64,000 nt of DNA from Capsulimonadaceae bacterium. Lineage in GTDB: Bacteria; Armatimonadota; Armatimonadia; Armatimonadales; Capsulimonadaceae. The notes under the pieces are model-generated. The model was given only the letters and a program-made list of their open reading frames with translations. It was not told where the DNA came from and did no database searches. A program made the position numbers and the translations under genes. Every line of letters begins with the position of its first letter. The first letter of the stretch is position 1. Shown here piece by piece: positions 57,862-64,000 of the stretch. The stretch is taken from positions 4,928,001 through 4,992,000 of the forward strand of contig OZ244065.1 of the NCBI GenBank assembly GCA_965215505.1, read 5' to 3'.

Positions 57862-58974
57862 ATGCCTTACGAAGGCCAAGCCGCCGTCCTCAACGAAGAC
57901 GGGCGCGACGTTGAAGTCGAAGACATCACCATTGACGACCCCGGCCCCGGCGAGGTGCTGGTCAAGCTGGCCGCGTCTGGCGTCTGCCACACCGACCTGA
58001 CTGTCAAGAACCTCCACGGCAACGGCATGACCTTCCCCATCGTGCTGGGCCATGAGGGCGCGGGGTATGTTGAGGCCGTAGGCGAAGGAGTCAAAGGCCT
58101 GAAAAAAGGCGACCCGGTCGTCATTGCCTACCGCGCGCCCTGCGAGCAGTGCCCCGCCTGCAAGCGCGGCGACCCGCGCCACTGCTACATGGCCCTGCGG
58201 CCCGGCCCGCGCGTCCACCGCAAGCGCGACGGCGCGGTCTGCTCCCAGGTGCTGCGCTGCGGGACCTTCGCCACCCATACCGTCGTCCACTCCAAGGCCG
58301 CCATCAAGATGCCTAGGGAGATGCCGCTCGACCGGGCCTGCCTGCTCGCCTGCGGCGTCGTCACCGGCGTCGGCGCGGCCATGAACACCACGCCCGTCTT
58401 TGCCGGGTCGCGCGTCGCCGTCATCGGCTGCGGCGGCGTCGGCCTGTCCGTGATCCAGGGCGCGAAGCTCCAGAACGCCCGGCAGATCATCGCCGTGGAC
58501 GTCAGCGCCAACAAGCTCCGTCAGGCTTTGGACTTCGGCGCGACCCACACGGTCAACGCTAAAGAAGGCGACCCCGTGGTCCAGGTGCGCGCCCTGACCG
58601 AGGACGGCTGGGACGGCGGCGTCGAGTACGCTTTCGAGGCGACCGGCATCCCCGTCTGCACCGAGCAGGCCGTCAAGATGCTCTCCTACGGCGGCACGGC
58701 GACCACCATCGGCTTCCCGGCTGCTGAGGACGCCGTGACCCTGAACCTCGGCGACATGGCGACCGGCGTCTACTGGAACAAGGCGGGCCTGCGCGTCTGC
58801 CACTGCGGCGACGCCCTCCCGTCCCACGACTTCCCCCTGCTCGCCCAGCTTTATCTGACCGGCCAGCTAAAGCTCGACGAGATGGTGACCAGCCGCATCA
58901 CGATCAACGACGTGAACGAGGCCTTCGAGGCCATGCACGGCGGCGACGTCCTGCGAAGCGTCATCATGTTCTGA
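57862..58974 (+). CDS. Zn-dependent alcohol/formaldehyde dehydrogenase (class III-like)
   Basis: GVCHTD, GHEGAG, CxxCxxC..C structural Zn, LACGV.TG, GCGGVG. Confidence 0.9.
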   Translation: MPYEGQAAVLNEDGRDVEVEDITIDDPGPGEVLVKLAASGVCHTDLTVKNLHGNGMTFPIVLGHEGAGYVEAVGEGVKGLKKGDPVVIAYRAPCEQCPACKRGDPRHCYMALRPGPRVHRKRDGAVCSQVLRCGTFATHTVVHSKAAIKMPREMPLDRACLLACGVVTGVGAAMNTTPVFAGSRVAVIGCGGVGLSVIQGAKLQNARQIIAVDVSANKLRQALDFGATHTVNAKEGDPVVQVRALTEDGWDGGVEYAFEATGIPVCTEQAVKMLSYGGTATTIGFPAAEDAVTLNLGDMATGVYWNKAGLRVCHCGDALPSHDFPLLAQLYLTGQLKLDEMVTSRITINDVNEAFEAMHGGDVLRSVIMF

Positions 58975-58992
58975 GGAAGGCCGGGAACAGCT

Positions 58993-59568
58993 ATGGAAGG
59001 CGAGCTACAGCTTAACCTGCGTCAGATTGTTCAAGTGCTGGAAGACCTTCTCGGCAGGCCCTCCCGTTGGAATGGCAAGGCGTTCCTGGCAAGGAGTTTA
59101 TCATTTGCTGGGGCCGCGCATTATGACGGCAGCATCAGCGTCAGCGAACTGGTCTATTCGGAGCCGGACTTACGCTGGCGGACTATGATCCACGAGGCAC
59201 TACACACCTTTTCTCCGCCGTACACGCGCTTGGAGTACAACGCGGCTCAAGGCTGGGAAGAGGGGGCGGTCGAATAGATGCAGCGCTTGCTGCGGCCACA
59301 AGTCCTCGCTGCGCTTGGGGTCACAGTGCGGGAAGCAGTGCTGATAGATGCCGAAGCAGGCCATCAGTACAACGTCTATATTGCGTTGCTGGAGGATCTA
59401 CGCCTCCAACTGGGTGATGCGCCCCTCACTTTCTACCGGATGCTTTTGTCAACCCCGTTGCCAGAACGCGCCCTGGTATTGAGGCAAAGCGGTATTATGT
59501 TAGAGGAACAAGAGCGTCAGGCGTTCAGGATGGCATTGCTGAAAGCCGTCTTCGCTCTCAGCCGATGA
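58993..59568 (+). pseudogene. HExxH metalloprotease-like gene interrupted by an in-frame TAG at 59275-59277
   Basis: IHEALH...GWEEGAVE*MQRLL; both halves are in one frame. Confidence 0.6.
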
Positions 59569-59789
59569 ATAGGAAGCTCAGAATGGGATGGAATGAAACC
59601 GAGCGCGATGAGATCATCGCCACTGTACTGACCGCCAACACGCCGGAGAAGTACGAGCAGGCCGAAGAACTAATCATCGGCTGGATGAAGCAGCACCCGC
59701 GAGACTTCGGGATGCTGGATGCGGGCGAGCAACTGGCTATGATGAGCGGCAAATATGAGCCTGCCGCAGAGGATGCGACGACGGTTTAG
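59565..59789 (+). CDS. Small acidic hypothetical protein
   Basis: ATGA overlap with the preceding ORF; start could be 59583. Confidence 0.6.
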   Translation: MNRKLRMGWNETERDEIIATVLTANTPEKYEQAEELIIGWMKQHPRDFGMLDAGEQLAMMSGKYEPAAEDATTV

Positions 59790-59810
59790 CGAAGTTGAGG
59801 ATGATGTGTC

Positions 59811-61277
59811 ATGAAGTACGCTGTTCATCCTCAGCCGGCAGGAGAAAGCGGGCCGCTGATGACCACGACGAACGACACACATTCTGCCAAAACGAACCCC
59901 GGCATCCCGCCCCTGGCCGGGCTAGCCACCCACGCTGAGGCGTCGGTCGTCGGGCTGGGCGTGGACGAGAACGTGGAACGGATGCGGCGGCTGAACTACG
60001 TCGAGGCGCGGCTTTACGAGATTTCGGCGGCGTTTATGAACCCCACGCCGGAGTGGGAGGTCAAGGGCGCCCTCAGCCTGCACCTGTACCTCGACGGCGA
60101 GCATTCGCAGGCGCTCAGGGCGCGCGTGGCCGAGCTGCGCCGCCCGCCGCTCTACCTGGACGAAGCGCCCGACGACGCCCTGGAAGCCTTGATGAACGAG
60201 GCGATCCGGGCACGGAACACGGTCGAGCTGCTGGCGGGCGTCTTCGGCGTCATCCGTCCGGCCCTGCTGGATGCCTACCGGGGACATATGGCCGATGTCA
60301 ACCCACTCTTCGACTTCCCGACCGTTCGCCTGATGCGTCAGGCCGCCGCCGAGGAGGAGCAGATGGTGGGGTGGGGGCGGCAGGCTCTGGCCGCCGTCAC
60401 TCAGGCCGAAGAAGATCAGGCCGTCGCCGTCGCGTGGCAGGAACACCTGCGGACCTATCTCGCGGCGGCGGGCGGCATCACGGGGCAGGAAGAAGTTCCC
60501 TCAGACACGGCACTGCCCGCGCCGCGCGCCGTAGGCGAGTTCGCCCCGGACGTGGACCCTCGGCGGGACGCGCGCTCGGGCGAGATCTACAACTTCCACT
60601 ACCGGGCCAACGACGTCTACTCGGACCCCGTGGCCGGGTGGGACGAGCGCAATCTGGCCCTGATGTTCAAGCGGTTCCACGAGATGGACGTGCCCGAGAT
60701 GATGGCGAGCATCGTCGCCCAGACGAAGGGCAAGCCGTGGGAGTATTACCGCGACATGGGCCGGCAGCTATGGGACGAGGCCCGGCACTCCATGATGGGC
60801 GAGGTCTGGTTCGCCAAGTATAACGTGGACTGGAGCCGCTACCCGAACCACGTCGGCTGGTCCATGCACCTGAACCTGGACCGGACGCCCCTGGAGCGGC
60901 ACGTCATCCTGTACTACATCGAGCAGAGCCTGATGAACGGCAAGACCGGCAAGCGCCAGGAGTGGCTGATCGCCCAGCAGGCGAATGACCCGCTGGCGAC
61001 CTACTTCCAGGACTATGACTGGGCCGACGAGGTCCTGCACGCCCAAATCGGCCGCCGCTGGCTGAAGCCGGATCTCGGCACCGTCAAAGACATTCTGGAC
61101 AAGGCCGGCGAGATCATCGCCCGTTCCACGCCTTCGCTCGACGCGCGAAGCCGGGAGACGCCGCAGGAGGACTGGTGGCCCCGCTACGTCCAGGACGTGC
61201 TGGGTCGGCCCAGCACGTCGGTGGCGGGTTCGGACAACCCGGTCATCCCAAAGTTCGAAACCGTCGCGTCAGGATAG
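59811..61277 (+). CDS. Ferritin-like (DUF455-like) di-iron domain protein
   Basis: HEMD, WDEARH, IEQ, ADEVLH carboxylate/His motifs; second helical module with DGEH; start 59811 or 59859. Confidence 0.65.
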   Translation: MKYAVHPQPAGESGPLMTTTNDTHSAKTNPGIPPLAGLATHAEASVVGLGVDENVERMRRLNYVEARLYEISAAFMNPTPEWEVKGALSLHLYLDGEHSQALRARVAELRRPPLYLDEAPDDALEALMNEAIRARNTVELLAGVFGVIRPALLDAYRGHMADVNPLFDFPTVRLMRQAAAEEEQMVGWGRQALAAVTQAEEDQAVAVAWQEHLRTYLAAAGGITGQEEVPSDTALPAPRAVGEFAPDVDPRRDARSGEIYNFHYRANDVYSDPVAGWDERNLALMFKRFHEMDVPEMMASIVAQTKGKPWEYYRDMGRQLWDEARHSMMGEVWFAKYNVDWSRYPNHVGWSMHLNLDRTPLERHVILYYIEQSLMNGKTGKRQEWLIAQQANDPLATYFQDYDWADEVLHAQIGRRWLKPDLGTVKDILDKAGEIIARSTPSLDARSRETPQEDWWPRYVQDVLGRPSTSVAGSDNPVIPKFETVASG

Positions 61278-61290
61278 ACAAGGACAAGAA

Positions 61291-62118
61291 ATGCCGGAAC
61301 TGCCGGAAGTGGAGACGCTGCGGCGCGGGCTGGAGCAGCATTTGACGGGGCGGACCATCGGCGGCGTGCGCGTGTACGTCGCCAAAATGATCAAGGGAAC
61401 CTTCCCCGATCCCGACGTGTTTGGATACCGTCTGCAAGGCGCGCGAATCGAATCCGTTGGCCGCCGCGGCAAGCACTTGATTATCGCGCTACATTCGGGG
61501 TATTATCTACTGCTTCACTTGAATATGCGCGGCCAGTTGCTCGTGACGCCTTCGGACACGCCGGAGGCGAAGTATTTGGCGGCGGCCTTCGTTCTGGACG
61601 ACGGGCAGGAGCTTCGCTTCCACGACATGTGGACCTGGGGCGAGATGCGGCTGGTGTCCCGGGAAGAGCTGGCGGCACACCCCGCTCTAGCCGCGATGGG
61701 GCCGGAACCGTTCTCGGAAGAGTGGACGCCCCGGCAGTTCTCGGAGGGCCTGGCGCGGCGGCCTAAGACCGCGATAAAAACTATTTTGCTGGACCAGGGT
61801 CTTGTCGCCGGGGTTGGCAACATTTATGCAGATGAGTCACTGTACCGGTCGGGAATCCACCCGCTCCGTCCGGCGGCTTCGCTGAACGAAGCCGAAACTG
61901 AGCGGCTGCACCGCGAGATCCGGGCCGTTCTGCACGAAGCGACGGACGGCGGCGGGACGACGAGCGACAACTATGTGGACGCGGAAGGGCGAGTCGGGCG
62001 GTATGTGCCGCGCGTGTATGACCGGAATGGTCAGCCCTGCCTTTCCTGCGGACGGCCGCTCACGAAGATCCGCGTGACCGGACGCGGGACCGTCTACTGC
62101 GAGTCCTGTCAGACATAA
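61291..62118 (+). CDS. mutM: Formamidopyrimidine-DNA glycosylase
   Basis: MPELPEVE, RRGK, GVGNIYADE, C-terminal zinc finger. Confidence 0.97.
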   Translation: MPELPEVETLRRGLEQHLTGRTIGGVRVYVAKMIKGTFPDPDVFGYRLQGARIESVGRRGKHLIIALHSGYYLLLHLNMRGQLLVTPSDTPEAKYLAAAFVLDDGQELRFHDMWTWGEMRLVSREELAAHPALAAMGPEPFSEEWTPRQFSEGLARRPKTAIKTILLDQGLVAGVGNIYADESLYRSGIHPLRPAASLNEAETERLHREIRAVLHEATDGGGTTSDNYVDAEGRVGRYVPRVYDRNGQPCLSCGRPLTKIRVTGRGTVYCESCQT

Positions 62119-62190
62119 GAAATCTACGAGAACGAACACTGAACAATCCTGGGACAATCGTGTCCCTATGCTGAGGAGCACTACGAAATT

Positions 62191-63864
62191 ATGCCGGCCG
62201 TATCTGAAGATGTTGTGACGAGTGAGCAGACTGCCGCCCCGGCAGCGGGGGCAGCCCCCGAGTCCGTGGCGCAGGCGGCTTCCCCCGCCCCTGAAACTAA
62301 TGGGACGGCTCCTGCCGCCGGCCAGTCGAGCGCAAGCCCGATCAACAATGGTCAGCCCACCCCCGTGCCGGTCGCCCCTGCGCCGACCCCGCCGCCCGCC
62401 GCCCGTGAAGAGCAGCCCATGAGCCAGTCCGACTTTGAAAGCATGTTCAAAGAGCTGGCCGAGGGCGATGTCGTCATCGGGACCGTCGTCCACATAGACA
62501 AGGACGGCGTCCTGGTGGACGTCGGCAGTAAGAGTGAGGGCATCATCCGGCCCAACGAGCTTTCCCGTGAGCCTTACGACAACATCGAGGATGTCGTCAA
62601 GGTGAACGAGGAAGTCAAGGTGGTCGTCATCGGGCGGACCGACGAAGGCCAGCTCCTGCTGTCCAAGAAGCGTGCCGACTTCGAGAAGGCCTGGGACAAG
62701 GTCATCGAGGCCCTCAACAGCGGCGTCCTCCTGCACGCGATGGTCACCGAGCGCGTCAAGGGCGGCTTGGTTGTGGACCTGGGTATCCGGGGCTTTGTCC
62801 CCGCCTCTCACGTCGGCTCGGGCGACTTCAAGCACCAGAACCTGGACAAGTATGTCGGCCAGAGCATTGCCCTCAAGGTCATCGAGGTGGACCGCGACCG
62901 CCGCAAGGTCGTCCTGTCCAACCGTGAGGCGACCGAGGACGAGCGTCGGCAGCGCAAGGACGCCACGCTGGCCTCGCTCAAGGAAGGCGAGGTCCGCAAG
63001 GGCATCGTCCGCCGCGTCACCGACTACGGTGCCTTCATCGACCTGGGCGGCATTGACGGCCTGCTGCACGTCTCTGAGATGTCCTGGTCACGGGTCAAGC
63101 ACCCGAACGAGGTCCTGAAGAACGGCCAGGAACTGGACGTCATGATCCTCAAGCTCCGGCTGGATCAGGGCCGCATCAGCCTCGGCCTGCGCCAGATCCT
63201 CCCGGACCCCTGGACGCAGATCGGCGAGAAGTACAACGTCGGCGATGTCGTCAAGGTGGAAGTCTCCCGCCTTGTCCCCTTCGGCGCGTTCGTCGAGCTG
63301 GAGGAAGGCGTCGAGGCGATCATCCCGACCAGCGAGCTGGCCGAGCGCCGGATTGCCAAGCCGTCTGACGCAGTCAACCCCGGCGACATCGTCGAGGCGC
63401 GCATCATCGAGATGCGGACCGAAGAGCGCAAGATGACCCTCTCCATCCGCAGGATGGTGGAGAACGCCGTTCCCCAGCCGTATGTGCCCGAACCGGACCT
63501 CGGCGGGCGCGGCGGCGAGCGTAGCGGGCGCGGCGGCGAGCGTGGCGGACGTGACGGCCGGCCCGTCATCGGCGGCGAGCGCGAAGGCGGTCTGGCCCCT
63601 GCCCCGCCGCGCGACCGGCCCCGGCGTGAGCGCAGCGGCGGCGGTGGCGGCGGACGGAGCCGCGACATGAACTACGGCGGGGACTCGGAGGACGATTACA
63701 AGGAGTTCAAGAACTACCGCGCCAACCAGCGTGAGGAGACTTTCGGCACCAGCCTTGCCGATGTCTTCGGGAAGCTCGGGGCCGACCTCGGCGTGACCGA
63801 AGCCGAGCCGGAGGCTGACGCGGCAGCCGGGACGCCGACCGAAGGGACGTCAGAGAAAGAGTAA
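62191..63864 (+). CDS. rpsA: 30S ribosomal protein S1 (four S1 domains) with low-complexity extensions
   Basis: VDVGSKSEG, GFVPASH, YGAFIDLGGIDGLLHVSE, FGAFVEL repeats. Confidence 0.9.
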   Translation: MPAVSEDVVTSEQTAAPAAGAAPESVAQAASPAPETNGTAPAAGQSSASPINNGQPTPVPVAPAPTPPPAAREEQPMSQSDFESMFKELAEGDVVIGTVVHIDKDGVLVDVGSKSEGIIRPNELSREPYDNIEDVVKVNEEVKVVVIGRTDEGQLLLSKKRADFEKAWDKVIEALNSGVLLHAMVTERVKGGLVVDLGIRGFVPASHVGSGDFKHQNLDKYVGQSIALKVIEVDRDRRKVVLSNREATEDERRQRKDATLASLKEGEVRKGIVRRVTDYGAFIDLGGIDGLLHVSEMSWSRVKHPNEVLKNGQELDVMILKLRLDQGRISLGLRQILPDPWTQIGEKYNVGDVVKVEVSRLVPFGAFVELEEGVEAIIPTSELAERRIAKPSDAVNPGDIVEARIIEMRTEERKMTLSIRRMVENAVPQPYVPEPDLGGRGGERSGRGGERGGRDGRPVIGGEREGGLAPAPPRDRPRRERSGGGGGGRSRDMNYGGDSEDDYKEFKNYRANQREETFGTSLADVFGKLGADLGVTEAEPEADAAAGTPTEGTSEKE

Positions 63865-63876
63865 GCACCGACGCGC

Positions 63877-63903
63877 AAAGCCCCTGCATCCGCAGGGGCT
63901 TTT
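63877..63903 (+). terminator. Rho-independent terminator
   Basis: AAAGCCCCTGC-ATCC-GCAGGGGCTTTT. Confidence 0.85.
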
Positions 63904-63916
63904 CTTATGGAACCCC

Positions 63917-64000
63917 ATGCGTATATTGGGCATCACCGGCGGCATCGCTACCGGAAAAAGCACTGTCACGCGGATGCTTGGTGATCTCGGCGCACCGACG
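63917..64000 (+). CDS. coaE: Dephospho-CoA kinase, 3'-partial
   Basis: MRILGITGGIATGKSTV P-loop start. Confidence 0.85.
   Translation, partial: MRILGITGGIATGKSTVTRMLGDLGAPT

Noticed and set aside
59275-59340. Pyrrolysine or selenocysteine recoding at the in-frame stop
   Set aside because: Codon is TAG (not Sec), no pyl genes in the window, and no convincing downstream hairpin
1-64000. CRISPR array, tRNA, rRNA or prophage
   Set aside because: No regularly spaced repeats, cloverleaf or rRNA signatures, or phage structural genes seen

Overview
GC-rich bacterial chromosomal window. It is tentatively Armatimonadota-like, inferred only from gene content (VPEA-type PEP-CTERM proteins, several prepilin/H-X9-DG proteins, an outer-membrane beta-barrel, a 4-domain S1). 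1-21.2 kb is an exosortase/EpsI/PPIase locus with two tandem PEP-CTERM genes, followed by an exopolysaccharide cluster (four glycosyltransferases, flippase, Wzy-like protein, two acyltransferases, FkbM, WcaF-like, beta-helix protein). Four near-consensus sigma-54 promoters lie in this block, and the two PEP-CTERM genes share a long, apparently structured 5' leader. Three IS elements are present (IS630, IS4-like, IS256). The rest is mixed housekeeping and accessory genes: lexA, osmC-like, nudC, topoisomerase IB, YgfZ-like, sugar-nucleotide enzymes, rimO, a HigBA-type pair plus an orphan HigA, an FNR-like reductase, a Zn-dependent dehydrogenase, mutM, rpsA and partial coaE. The most notable unexplained items are: (i) the duplicated structured leader behind sigma-54 promoters; (ii) a 636-aa protein behind rimO with five RNAP-delta/HARE-HTH-like motifs; (iii) two ~900-aa paralogous secreted proteins bracketing sugar-nucleotide genes; (iv) an amber-interrupted HExxH gene next to a tandem ferritin-like di-iron protein; (v) REP/REPIN-like palindromes. 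No rRNA, tRNA or CRISPR array was seen. All family assignments are by eye from motifs, without database searches.
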